Shown: positions 8,692 to 17,963 of the stretch, piece by piece | How the letters are laid out: every line of letters starts with the position of its first letter | Position numbering within the stretch: the stretch's first letter is position 1 | Made by a program: the position numbers and the translations under genes | Assembly: GCA_046350495.1 (NCBI GenBank) | Contig: JAXMAE010000004.1 | Location: 318,327 to 382,326 of the forward strand | DNA: 64,000 nucleotides | Direction of reading: 5' to 3' | Source of the DNA: Phycisphaerales bacterium | GTDB taxonomy: Bacteria; Planctomycetota; Phycisphaerae; Phycisphaerales; SM1A02 | The notes under the pieces: generated by a model | Told to the model about the DNA's origin: nothing | What the model saw: the letters and a program-made list of their open reading frames with translations, nothing else | The model's database searches: none

Positions 8692-9408
8692 TCACCGCCG
8701 CGCCCAGAGCACCACGGCGGCGAGGCCGAGATTGACGAGCAGCAATCCCGCGACGACGACGTAGAGCCAATTCGTCTTCCGTCGTTCGATGGCCACTTCC
8801 TGGCCGAGCGTCATCTCCAGCGCGGACAGGCCGGCGTCGGTCGGCGCCGCGGCGCTTGCCTGAGGCCTGGGCGGCTCGCGCCGCGCGGGCTGCTGGATCT
8901 TCGGCGCGCCCGCCCGCAACTCCTCGTTGGTGGCGAACGCGCTGAGGCGCTCGGTGCCGCTGAGTCCGAGTCGATCGCGATCGCCGCCCCGCGGAAAGAC
9001 GACGCCGCACGCCCCGCAGCGATCGTCGCCGCGCGCGACCTCGGCGCCGCACGCATGGCAGACGCCGAACAGGTGCGCGATGCCCGCCGCGTGGTCGGCG
9101 CGCATCCAGAATTGTCCGGTGCCCGGGCCGCGCACGATCGATTCGCGGCTGATGTCGCCGCGATTGATCAGCCCGACGAGGATCTCCCACGACACGCCGG
9201 GAAAGAACGGGCGCGTCGCGTCGCGCAGGAACCACGGGCCCATGTGGCTCTGCGTTACCTGGCGCGACAGCGGATCGAGAAACGCGAGGCACGCGCGACA
9301 GCGCGGCGTCCCGCCGGTGGCCGAACCGTTGGTCGGCGCGGCGTCGCGTTCCTCGCCGCAGAAGGGACAGATCTCGGGCGTCACGGTGTCGGGAGAGGAA
9401 CTGGCCAT
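8692..9408 (-). CDS. zinc-ribbon / GYF-like domain protein with a C-terminal transmembrane anchor
   Basis: Lies within ORF 8692..9720(-), starting at the ATG at 9408 (MASSSPD...). It has CPFC...CRAC and CHAC...CGAC cysteine pairs. The central segment GPWFLRD...SWEILVGLINRGDISRESIVRGPGTGQFWMRA is GYF_2-like. The C-terminal WLYVVVAGLLLVNLGLAAVVLWARR is a tail anchor. Confidence 0.55.
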   Translation of the reverse strand: MASSSPDTVTPEICPFCGEERDAAPTNGSATGGTPRCRACLAFLDPLSRQVTQSHMGPWFLRDATRPFFPGVSWEILVGLINRGDISRESIVRGPGTGQFWMRADHAAGIAHLFGVCHACGAEVARGDDRCGACGVVFPRGGDRDRLGLSGTERLSAFATNEELRAGAPKIQQPARREPPRPQASAAAPTDAGLSALEMTLGQEVAIERRKTNWLYVVVAGLLLVNLGLAAVVLWARR

Positions 9409-9536
9409 GGCGTGGAAATCGAGCGGAGGCGCTCCCGCGGCGGGATTGCGGGCGAACGCACGCGGACGGTCGCGCAGTCTACGCGGCGCGGCCGTGCCGT
9501 TTGACAGTCCGCCGTTCCTCGACTCTCTTGCGCCCA

Positions 9537-10535
9537 ATGCGCCGCTTCGGTTCCACGACTTCGACGTCTCTCCCGCTCGCCCTGGCCTCGGTCGTCGCCC
9601 TCGGCATCGCCGCGTGCGACACGCCGCCGCGACAAGGTCCCCGGCCCGCGCCCCGCCAGGACGGCTCCGGTCCCGCGGCGGTCGACTCGCACGCGTCGGC
9701 GGCCGCGCCCGTGGCCGCATGGCGCGACAAGTCGCTCACCTGGAACGACCTTCGCCCGGCGCTCGCGGAACTCGGCGGCGCAACCGCGATGCGCGACGCG
9801 TTCCTCGATTACCGCATCGACCAGGCGCTCGCGGCGCGAAACACGACGATCGACGCCGCCGCGATCGAGCGCGAGCGATCGCTCCTCGTCCGCTCGCTCG
9901 ATCCGGACCCGAACGTCGCCGAGCGCCTGCTCGCGCAAATCCGTCAGCGCGAAGACCTCGGTCCGGTGCGCTTCGAGGCGCTCCTCAAGCGCAATGCGGG
10001 ACTGCGGGCGCTGGTCGCCGCCGACGTGATGGTCACGCCCGAGGCGCTCGTGCGCCAGCACGACGTGTTGCACGGGCCGAAGCGCGTCTGTCGCATCGTC
10101 GCGGTGCAGACGTTGCAGCAGGCCGACTCGATCAAGAAGCAGCTCGATGCCGGCGCATCGATCACCGACATCGCGATCGCCTCGTCGACCGACGCCAGCG
10201 CCTCGCGCGGCGGCCTGCTCGCGCCGATCAGCCGCAGCGATCCGACGTGGCCGCAGGCATTCCGCGACGCGCTCTTCGCGCTCGCGCCCGGACAGACGTC
10301 GGCCCCGACCCTCGTCGACACGAGCTACCTCATCATCCAACTCGTCGAGGAACGGCCGTCCGACGGCGTGTCGCTCGAGTCGTCGCGCGCCGCCGTCGAG
10401 GACGCGCTGCGCCGCGCGCAGGAGCGCATCCTCATGGAAGAGAAGGCGCGCGCGTTCATCGCCGAGATCCAGCCGTCGATCTACGACTCGGCGCTCGATG
10501 CGGCGTGGCGACAGAGCCTGCCGATCACACGTTGA
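9537..10535 (+). CDS. SurA/PrsA-like lipoprotein with a parvulin-type PPIase-like domain
   Basis: Lies within ORF 9501..10535(+, TTG). The ATG at 9537 gives MRRFGSTTSTSLPLALASVVALGIAAC, which has a lipobox. The later segment ...VCRIVAVQTLQQADSIKKQLDAGASITDIAIASSTDASASRGGLLAPISRSDPTWPQAFRDALFALAPGQTS... resembles a parvulin-like fold. Confidence 0.6.
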   Translation: MRRFGSTTSTSLPLALASVVALGIAACDTPPRQGPRPAPRQDGSGPAAVDSHASAAAPVAAWRDKSLTWNDLRPALAELGGATAMRDAFLDYRIDQALAARNTTIDAAAIERERSLLVRSLDPDPNVAERLLAQIRQREDLGPVRFEALLKRNAGLRALVAADVMVTPEALVRQHDVLHGPKRVCRIVAVQTLQQADSIKKQLDAGASITDIAIASSTDASASRGGLLAPISRSDPTWPQAFRDALFALAPGQTSAPTLVDTSYLIIQLVEERPSDGVSLESSRAAVEDALRRAQERILMEEKARAFIAEIQPSIYDSALDAAWRQSLPITR

Positions 10536-10545
10536 TGGCAATGGT

Positions 10546-10657
10546 CCTTTAGCGCGGAGGGGCGGAGATCGCGGAGGAATCGCGGAGCAAGATCCAAGGT
10601 TCGAGACAGTGCTGCATGAGCGCAGTCTTGAACTCAAGTCTTTCCTCCGCGCTGAAT
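10546..10657. other. AT-richer structured intergenic element between convergent genes (possible bidirectional terminator or small RNA)
   Basis: An outer stem pairs tttagcgcggagg (10548-10560) with cctccgcgctgaa (10644-10656). An inner stem of about 10 bp pairs ggttcgagac with gtcttgaact. A tandem atcgcggag x2 lies inside. Confidence 0.3.
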
Positions 10658-10667
10658 CTTTCCCGCC

Positions 10668-11786
10668 CTACGTCTTCACCGAGGCCACGCGACCGAGCGC
10701 GATGGGCAACAGGATCGCCGCTGGCAGGAAGACGCTCACCGCCGGCGCGAGGCCGGGCATTTCCATCGACATCGCGACGAACGAACCCAGCGTCGCCGGC
10801 ACCGCGAAGGCCGAGCACAGGATCGACTGCCGCAGCAGGTTGCCCGGCTCGCGCAGGAGGAAGAAGGGCAGCGCGGCGATCAGTACGAGCAGGTTGACCG
10901 CGATCCCGCCGACACGGATGTAGGTGAGGCGCGACAGCATGCCCTGATCGACGCCGCCCTGTTCGCGCATCTCGCGCACCTGCCGCAGCGAGAGCATCTG
11001 CGCGTATTGCTCGTACTTCCGGATCTTGAGCGCGGTCGGCGAGAGGTCGGTGGCGAACGTGTCGACGGGGCGCACCTCCTCGACGCCGCCGGGCACCGGC
11101 CCCGCGTCGGCGTTTCGGCGCACGAAGCGGCGGCCTTCGGGCAGTTCGTAGGCGCTGCGCTCGGCGTTCCATCGCGCAAGCGGCGCCTCGATGCGGGAGA
11201 TCGCCCCGCCCTTGGCGTCGCGCTCGATCACCAGGAGTCCCGAGATCTCCCCCGTCGTCGTGTCGAGATTCGCCGCCCGCAGCAACTGACCGCGGCCGTC
11301 GCGGGTGAGCGGCACCTCGAACTGGCGCACGCGGTCGCTGAGGAGATCGTCGTGCGTGCGCACGAGGTACGGCGCGAGCCGCGGCAACACCAATTCCTGG
11401 TTGAGGAGTTGGAGCACGTTGAGCCCGGTCGAGCAGGCGACGAGCACGAGTCCGACGCGGAGCAGGCTCGCGCCCGCCGCGAGGAGCGCCACGAGCTCGC
11501 GCGTGCGGATCATCTGCGCCAGGGTGAACCCGGCGGCGCCGACCGAGACGAGCCCGAGGAGATACGCGTAGAACTGGAAGATGCGCGGTCCCCAGAGGTC
11601 CAGCACGGCGCGGACGAACTCGATCCACGCCGCGAAGCCGGTCTTGCCCGAGGTCTGCACGACCTTCGTGTAGAGGTCGAGCTGCACGATGACGTCGATC
11701 GCCACCGCGAAGACGAAGAGGATGGCGAAGAGCAGCACGAAGTTGCCGAGGAAGCGGGCGGCGATGTGACGGTCGATGATCGTCAT
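10668..11786 (-). CDS. LptF/LptG-family LPS export permease (YjgP/YjgQ)
   Basis: Lies within ORF 10668..12578(-). The ATG at 11786 shares one nt with the upstream stop (TGATG). The product starts MTIIDRHIAARFLGNFVLLFAILFVFAVAIDVIVQLD..., has 6 TM-like segments and a central periplasmic domain. Product is 372 aa. Confidence 0.8.
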   Translation of the reverse strand: MTIIDRHIAARFLGNFVLLFAILFVFAVAIDVIVQLDLYTKVVQTSGKTGFAAWIEFVRAVLDLWGPRIFQFYAYLLGLVSVGAAGFTLAQMIRTRELVALLAAGASLLRVGLVLVACSTGLNVLQLLNQELVLPRLAPYLVRTHDDLLSDRVRQFEVPLTRDGRGQLLRAANLDTTTGEISGLLVIERDAKGGAISRIEAPLARWNAERSAYELPEGRRFVRRNADAGPVPGGVEEVRPVDTFATDLSPTALKIRKYEQYAQMLSLRQVREMREQGGVDQGMLSRLTYIRVGGIAVNLLVLIAALPFFLLREPGNLLRQSILCSAFAVPATLGSFVAMSMEMPGLAPAVSVFLPAAILLPIALGRVASVKT

Positions 11787-13453
11787 CAGTGCCGTCCCAC
11801 CCGCCACGCGCCGATCAGCGAGAGGACCAGAAGAAGCGCGTTGCCCGAGAACGCCACCACGATCCCCGAGACGCTGACGTTGCGACGCAGCATCTGTTCG
11901 CCGCCCGAGACGAGCAGGATGTCGATGATCGCGGGCACGAACGCGACGACGTAGATGAAGAGCGGCGACCTGTTCCGGAACCACAGCGTGAACACGGTCG
12001 CCGCCACGAGCATGATCATCGCGGTCATCGACTGGGCGATGCGCTGGACGATGCGGGCGACGATCTCGTCGCTCGTGTACTTCACGCGGGCATCCAGCTC
12101 GCGCACGCCGTACGACAGCCGCGCCTTGATCGCGTCGGCCGGTCCGCCCACGGCGGCGGCCATGCGGGCGGTGGCCGCGGCGCGCAACTCGTCGATCGAC
12201 GCCGTCTCGCGATCGACCCGCGGGGCGGTCTCCGGCGCGAGCTCGAGGTCCGTCAGGCGCACGGGACGGCGGATGGTCGCGGCCTCCGGCGCCCGAACGT
12301 CCCGCACCAGCGCGTCGTCGGCAAGCAGGTCGAAGCGCACGTCGCCGTCGGCGTCGATCGACGCAAGCGACAGCGCGGCGTGGTCCGCGGAGATCTCGCT
12401 GCGCACGCGACCGTCGGCCGAGCGTTGTCGAATCACGATGCCCTTGCCGTCGCGCCCCACCGCGGTCGCGCCGTCGAGCGCCGCCGCGTCGAGTTCGAAG
12501 CGATCGCTGTCCGACTCGCTTCCGGTCTCGAAGACGACCGGCCCCTTCGCGGCAACCGCGTCGGCGAGCGCCTGCCACGCGTCGGCCGCGGCCAGCCCGA
12601 GCGCCAGCTCGCGACGACGCGCGTCGATGTCCGGGTCGCGCTCGAGGTGCTTCCGGAGCTCCATCAGTTCGAGGAAGGTGAGACCCTTCGGTCCCTGATC
12701 GACGGTGCGGCCGAGGTCGATCGCCTCGGGCCGCACGATCGCGGCCCCGGCGATCGCGCGGTCCCCGCGGTTGTACACCGACGCGTTCTGTAGTGCGATC
12801 TTGAGGAGCGAGTTCACGCCGACGCGATGCACGTCGACGGTCGCGTACTGCGCGGTGAACTCGCGCTGCGGTTCGCGCTCGGCCTTGGCCTCGTGATTGA
12901 ACTCGATCGCGGCCACGCCGACGAGCCTCAGTCGCTGCGTCGCGCCGCTGTCGGGCGGCGCCTCCTGCACGTACGCCTCGTCGGCGTAGATCTCCGTGCC
13001 GCCGAGTTGCCGCGCTTCGCCACGCTCGACGTAGGCGACGAAGACGCGCGTGAGGTCCTTCGCCACGAGCTGCTTCAGCTCGCGCCAGAACGTCGGCCCG
13101 CCGTAGTCGACGAGGAACACCATCACCGCCGTGAGCACGATGCCCAGCGCGAACACCGGACGCATGATGCGGCGATAGGGCATGCCGCTCGCCGCCATCG
13201 CGAGGATCTCGTTGTCGTTGACGAGGCGATGAAACACGATCACCGCCGCGAACGCACCGGCGAACGGCAGCGCGAACTGCAGCATCGGCACGGTGGTGTA
13301 GGCCATCACGCGGAGGATGTCCGCGGGCCCGATCATGTTCTCGGAGAGCGGCTTGATCGCGGCGCCGAACGCGATGACCGTCACGAGCACCGACGCCGTG
13401 ACGAGAAGCACCTTGCAGAGGTCGAGGAAGATGGACCGGAACAGGATGCCCAA
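11786..13453 (-). CDS. LptF/LptG-family permease with an enlarged periplasmic domain (555 aa)
   Basis: ORF 11786..13453(-). It apparently starts with TTG (caa at 13451-13453 on the + strand). The N-terminus GILFRSIFLDLCKVLLVTASVLVTVIAFG... and later ...NEILAMAASGMPYRRIMRPVF... are typical of the family. It carries about 200 extra residues in the periplasmic loop. Confidence 0.75.
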   Translation of the reverse strand: MGILFRSIFLDLCKVLLVTASVLVTVIAFGAAIKPLSENMIGPADILRVMAYTTVPMLQFALPFAGAFAAVIVFHRLVNDNEILAMAASGMPYRRIMRPVFALGIVLTAVMVFLVDYGGPTFWRELKQLVAKDLTRVFVAYVERGEARQLGGTEIYADEAYVQEAPPDSGATQRLRLVGVAAIEFNHEAKAEREPQREFTAQYATVDVHRVGVNSLLKIALQNASVYNRGDRAIAGAAIVRPEAIDLGRTVDQGPKGLTFLELMELRKHLERDPDIDARRRELALGLAAADAWQALADAVAAKGPVVFETGSESDSDRFELDAAALDGATAVGRDGKGIVIRQRSADGRVRSEISADHAALSLASIDADGDVRFDLLADDALVRDVRAPEAATIRRPVRLTDLELAPETAPRVDRETASIDELRAAATARMAAAVGGPADAIKARLSYGVRELDARVKYTSDEIVARIVQRIAQSMTAMIMLVAATVFTLWFRNRSPLFIYVVAFVPAIIDILLVSGGEQMLRRNVSVSGIVVAFSGNALLLVLSLIGAWRVGRH

Positions 13454-13522
13454 GTCGCGATGCTCGTCGTGCGATGGTGGTCGTCGATCACGCCTCGCGG
13501 AGGAGGCCCGCGTTCGCGCGGC

Positions 13523-14974
13523 TCAGCGGAGTCCGTATTCCTTCAGCTTGCGGTAGAGCGTGCGCTCGCCGATCCCGAGGAGCTGCGCCGCCTGCTCGCG
13601 GTTGCCGCCGGTCATCGCCAGGGTCTGGCGGATCGCTTCCTTCTCGAGCTTGTCCAATCCGACGCCCGCGAGGCTGCCGATGGACGGCGCCTCGTCGACG
13701 TCGTTCGATCGGATCTCCTCGGGCACGTCGCGCACGTCGATCTCGCCCTTCCCCGCCGCCGGCGCCAGGATCACCATGCGGTGGATCACGTTGAGCAACT
13801 CGCGCACGTTGCCGGGCCAGGCGTAGCTCACGAGCCGCAGCATCGCCGGCTGTGACACGACCGGACGGTCGCGGCCGCTCTCCGCGGCGAACTTGCCGAT
13901 CGCGTGGTTGACGAGGAGCGGAATGTCCTCGCGACGTTCGCGCAGCGGCGGCACGTGGATCTCGGCGCCCTTCACGCGGAAGAAGAGATCCTCGCGAAAG
14001 CGCCCCTCCGAGACCATCGAGCGCAGGTCGCGGTTCGTCGCGCTGATGAAGCGCACGTCGACCTTGCGCGACTCGTTCGAGCCGAGACGCACGACGTCAC
14101 CGGTCTCGAGGACGCGCAGCAGCTTCGGCTGCATCGACAGCGGCATGTCGCCGATCTCGTCGAGGAAAATCGTGCCCTTGTCGGCGTACTCGAAGACGCC
14201 CTCGCGATCGCGGTCGGCGCCGGTGAACGCGCCGCGCACGTGGCCAAAGAGCTGGTCCTCGAGGAGCGATTCGCTCTGTCCCGCCGCGTTGAAGGTCACG
14301 TACCGGCGCTGCGCCCGCTTCGACAGCTTGTGGATCGCGCCGGCGACGAGTTCCTTGCCGGTTCCGCTCTCGCCGGTCACGAGGACCGGGATGGTGCTCG
14401 GCGCCACTTGACGGATGAGTTCGACGACGCGGCGCATCGCCGGCGAGTCGCCGATGATTCCCTCGAAGCCGTACGCCGCCTCGAGCTGGCCGCGGAGCGA
14501 CTGGTTCTGGGCTCGCAGGCGAACCGTCTCGGCGGCGCGATGCACGAGATTGCGGAAGACCACGAGGTCCAGCGGCTTCTCGATGAAGTCGTACGCGCCG
14601 CCCTGGAGCGCCGCCTTCGCCGTGGGCACGTCGCCGTGCGCCGTGACCATGATCGTCTCCGCGTCGGGCTGCAATTCCTTCGCGAGACGCAGAACCTCGA
14701 GGCCGGCGGTCTCGTGCTCCATGACCAGATCGGTGACGATCACGTCGAACGCGCCGTGCCGAAGTTCGTCGCTCGCCTGCGCCAGGCTGTTGACGATGGT
14801 GCAGACGTGGCCGGGCTTGCGCAGGGCATCGGCCATCACGTCGGCGTGGTCCCGCTCGTCGTCGACGATCAGGACCTGGGCCCTCGCGAGGGAGGCACGG
14901 GCGTCGGCGCCCGGCGCCGAAACGCCGCTCGCGCCGGGGGAAGAGGAGGAAGAGGAGCCGCCGGAACCGCTCAT
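13523..14974 (-). CDS. sigma-54-dependent response regulator (NtrC/FleR/FlbD class)
   Basis: Lies within ORF 13523..15220(-), starting at the ATG at 14974. It has a receiver domain (VLIVDDE...DVIVTDLVM...), an AAA+ domain with GESGTGKE and GAFTGA, and a C-terminal Fis-type HTH (...NREQAAQLLGIGERTLYRKLKEYGL). Confidence 0.93.
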   Translation of the reverse strand: MSGSGGSSSSSSPGASGVSAPGADARASLARAQVLIVDDERDHADVMADALRKPGHVCTIVNSLAQASDELRHGAFDVIVTDLVMEHETAGLEVLRLAKELQPDAETIMVTAHGDVPTAKAALQGGAYDFIEKPLDLVVFRNLVHRAAETVRLRAQNQSLRGQLEAAYGFEGIIGDSPAMRRVVELIRQVAPSTIPVLVTGESGTGKELVAGAIHKLSKRAQRRYVTFNAAGQSESLLEDQLFGHVRGAFTGADRDREGVFEYADKGTIFLDEIGDMPLSMQPKLLRVLETGDVVRLGSNESRKVDVRFISATNRDLRSMVSEGRFREDLFFRVKGAEIHVPPLRERREDIPLLVNHAIGKFAAESGRDRPVVSQPAMLRLVSYAWPGNVRELLNVIHRMVILAPAAGKGEIDVRDVPEEIRSNDVDEAPSIGSLAGVGLDKLEKEAIRQTLAMTGGNREQAAQLLGIGERTLYRKLKEYGLR

Positions 14975-15026
14975 GCGCGGAGTGTACGGGATCGCCTCGG
15001 AAAGGCCGTCTCGTCGCCGATCGCCG

Positions 15027-16820
15027 TCAACCGCCCGACGGCTTCGCGGTCGGCACCTGCACGTCCGACGTCTTCGTCTCCATGCCGCGCAGCGCGCCGG
15101 CGATCTCGGCGTCGGTGAGGACGACGTCGTCGGTACCGTCGCCGTTGCGATCGACGATGCGCTCGCCTGGCGTCGTCGGAAGCGCCGCGCGCTCGATGAA
15201 GTCGAGCAGGCCGAATCCACCGGCCTCGCTGACGTACGCGGCCGCGCCGCCCACGCGCTGTGGGAAGAGATAGTGCACCGGTCCCTCGATGCGCACGGCC
15301 GCGTCGGGCTTGAACGCGCCGGTCAACACGGTCATCACGTCGATGCCGTCCTGGTGCCAGATCCAGAGTCGGCCGTCGAGCGACTCGACGCCGAAGATCT
15401 CGCCACCGAGCGGCGATCGCCACACGAGTTCGTTGCCCGGCGCCACGCCGGTCTGCACCACGCGCACCGAGCGCTTGTCGTCGGAGATGGCCGCCTTGCC
15501 CCAACCTGCGGACACCGTCGGCTTGCGGCCGTCGTTGCCCTCGATCGGCCGGTTGACGAGCGACACCTCGTCTCCCACGGTGTAGAGCCACACGCCGCAG
15601 GGCCCGCCCGCGAGGACGCGACGGCGATCCGTCGACGCGAGGCGCAGGTCGGCCGGTTCGCGCCGCGCGGAGTAGAACTCGTCGCCGGGACCGTTGCCGT
15701 CCTCGGCGCGGCGCCAGAACGCGCGACCGAACGAGCCCACCACGACGAAGTAGTTCTCCGAGATCTGGCCGAGATCGAGCGCGCCGCGTACCCGCGCGTA
15801 CATCGGATCGCCCAGCGTCATGCCGTCGCCCTGCCGCACGATCGGAAAGAAGATCATGTCCTCGTCGTTCACCGCGACGAGCTCGTCGCCGAAGACGCGG
15901 ACGCGGCGGGCGACGCCGTGCACCGCGCGGGACGCGACCTCGCGAAGCTCGGCGTTCAGGATGCCGACCTGCGCGCCCTCGCTCCCCTGCAGGATGAAGA
16001 GCGAACCGCCGGGCACGCCGAGACGACCCGCGGTATGCACGTCGAGCGCGTCGAGGCGCGTGGCCGCGCCGACGAACGCGCCGTCCTCGAGGCGCAGGAT
16101 GCGACGTCCGCTGGTGGTGACGAGTCCGTGCGCCGATTCGACGACCGGCCCGAGCGCTCCTCGCTCGCGGGCGACGTCGGCGAGTCGCGCCGTCGGCAGC
16201 TGCCCCGCGGCGACAGGCTTCACCGTGGTGCGGCTCCGTCCCTTCGCGTCGATCTGCACGCTCGTCACGTCGGGCACCTCGCCCCACGCGACGACGCCGC
16301 CGTCCCCGCTGATCCACACGTCGCCGCCGGCCAACGAGATCGCCCGCGGCGGGAAGCCGATCTCCTGCCGACGGCGCATCGCCGCGATCCTCGGGTGCTT
16401 CGGATCGTCGAGCGAAATCTCGCAGACCGCGGTGCCGTCGAGGAGCGCGTAGAGCCGCGAACCGTCACCGACGTCGAGGAGTTCGGTGATTCCGCCGCAC
16501 GCGCCGAAGGGCATCAGTTCGACGCTGTGGAGGACCGTGCCGGTCTTCGACGAGATGACCAGGAGCGAGTTCGAATACGTCGCGTACCAGTAGTCGCCGT
16601 GAACGATCGTGCGATGGTGCGTGCCGCCGATGTGGTGGCGAACCACGAGGACCGGATCGGGCCGCGCAGCGTGCGCTTCGGCCCACTGCTTGTCGGCGTA
16701 CGACTTCTCCGTCTCGCAGCCCGCCAGCGCGAGGATCGAGGCGATCGCGCCGGCCGCGGTCGCGCTGGCGACCGCCGCCCGCACACGAGAACGAGAGGCG
16801 AGTGAGTCGGATCGGTGCAT
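15027..16820 (-). CDS. lipoprotein, beta-propeller-like repeats, with a C-terminal single EF-hand/dockerin-like loop
   Basis: Lies within ORF 15027..16913(-). The ATG at 16820 gives ...AGAIASILALAGC, which has a lipobox. Strand-rich repeats recur (LLVISSKTG, LYALLDGTAV, GDVWISGDGG, LFILQGSEG, LWIWHQDG). The C-terminal DRNGDGTDDVVLTDAEI is a calcium-loop-like motif. Confidence 0.6.
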   Translation of the reverse strand: MHRSDSLASRSRVRAAVASATAAGAIASILALAGCETEKSYADKQWAEAHAARPDPVLVVRHHIGGTHHRTIVHGDYWYATYSNSLLVISSKTGTVLHSVELMPFGACGGITELLDVGDGSRLYALLDGTAVCEISLDDPKHPRIAAMRRRQEIGFPPRAISLAGGDVWISGDGGVVAWGEVPDVTSVQIDAKGRSRTTVKPVAAGQLPTARLADVARERGALGPVVESAHGLVTTSGRRILRLEDGAFVGAATRLDALDVHTAGRLGVPGGSLFILQGSEGAQVGILNAELREVASRAVHGVARRVRVFGDELVAVNDEDMIFFPIVRQGDGMTLGDPMYARVRGALDLGQISENYFVVVGSFGRAFWRRAEDGNGPGDEFYSARREPADLRLASTDRRRVLAGGPCGVWLYTVGDEVSLVNRPIEGNDGRKPTVSAGWGKAAISDDKRSVRVVQTGVAPGNELVWRSPLGGEIFGVESLDGRLWIWHQDGIDVMTVLTGAFKPDAAVRIEGPVHYLFPQRVGGAAAYVSEAGGFGLLDFIERAALPTTPGERIVDRNGDGTDDVVLTDAEIAGALRGMETKTSDVQVPTAKPSGG

Positions 16821-16921
16821 GCTCGAGAACGGATGGCGGCTCAGGTTGGCCGTCGACGCGCGGCGCGACCGTCGGGCGGTCCGCCGCTCGGACGAAGCGC
16901 GAGACGATACCATCCCGCCTC

Positions 16922-17305
16922 ATGACCGCGACGGATCCGCGTCCGGGCCCGACGCCCTCGAAACCGCCGATCGCCGACCCCCGCGACGCGCGACTGGAGC
17001 AGTTGCTCAAGCTCGCGGAAACCGAGCCGTCGGACCCGTTCGTCCTCTATGGCGTCGCTCAGGAGTTCGCTCGTCGCGAACGTCACGACGAAGCGATCGC
17101 GTGGTACGACCGATGCCTCGCGGCGGATCCCGCCTACTGCTACGCGTACTTTCACAAGGCGCGATCGCTCGAGGCGATGAAGCGGATCGCCGCCGCCGTC
17201 GCCACGCTGCGCACCGGACTCGAACGAGCGAAGGCCGCGGGCGACCGTCAGGCGACGAACGAAATCGGCGCGTACATCGACGAACTCGAGGATCAGGTCG
17301 GGTGA
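16922..17305 (+). CDS. TPR-repeat protein (127 aa)
   Basis: Lies within ORF 16802..17305(+), starting at the ATG at 16922. The segment FVLYGVAQEFARRERHDEAIAWYDRCLAADPAYCYAYFHKARSLEAM is a TPR pattern. Confidence 0.65.
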   Translation: MTATDPRPGPTPSKPPIADPRDARLEQLLKLAETEPSDPFVLYGVAQEFARRERHDEAIAWYDRCLAADPAYCYAYFHKARSLEAMKRIAAAVATLRTGLERAKAAGDRQATNEIGAYIDELEDQVG

Positions 17306-17307
17306 CC

Positions 17308-17958
17308 ATGGCTGCGAGCGCCCGCATCGTCACCTCCATCGCTTCCGCGCCGCAGGACCCGAGCGTCGTGCGCGTCGCGATCGATGGCGCGGTCGTCGGC
17401 GACGTCCTGCGGGCGACCGCCGACGCGCTCGGTCTCCGCGTCGGCGCCCGCGTCTCGAGCGCGAAGCTCGTTCGGCTCGCGGAGGCGATCGACCTCGCGG
17501 CCGCGCGTGCCGCCGCGCTGCGAATGCTCGGACGATCGGATCGAACCGCGTCGCAACTCGCGGCGCAGCTCGTCGCCCGCGGTCACCCGGAGCGCGCCGC
17601 CGGGGATGCGGTGCGGCTGCTTGCCGACGACGGCTGGATCGACGACGCGCGATATGCGAGCGAGCGGGCCCGGCGGCTGGCCGCGCGGAAACCCGTGGCC
17701 CACGCGTTCGTCCAGGCGACCCTGGTCGAGGAAGGCGTCGAGGAGCGCACCGCGTCGCGGGCTGCGAAGGCCGCGGCACCGCGCGATGGCGACCTTGCCC
17801 GTGCCGTCGCCGCAGCGAAGGCCGCGCTCGGCCGCGCCGGGGCCCGCGACCGGAAGCTCGTCCGACGGACCGCCGCGTCGCTCGCCCGCGCGGGCTTCGA
17901 TGCCGATACCATCGCAGCGGCGTTCGCCAAGGCAGGCGTCGCGTTCCCCGAGGAGTGA
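17308..17958 (+). CDS. recX: RecX-family regulatory protein
   Basis: Lies within ORF 16609..17958(+), starting at the ATG at 17308. The segments ...ALRMLGRSDRTASQLAAQLVARGHPERAAGDAVRLLADDGWIDDARYASERARR... form three-helix repeats typical of RecX. Confidence 0.75.
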   Translation: MAASARIVTSIASAPQDPSVVRVAIDGAVVGDVLRATADALGLRVGARVSSAKLVRLAEAIDLAAARAAALRMLGRSDRTASQLAAQLVARGHPERAAGDAVRLLADDGWIDDARYASERARRLAARKPVAHAFVQATLVEEGVEERTASRAAKAAAPRDGDLARAVAAAKAALGRAGARDRKLVRRTAASLARAGFDADTIAAAFAKAGVAFPEE

Positions 17959-17963
17959 GCTGC

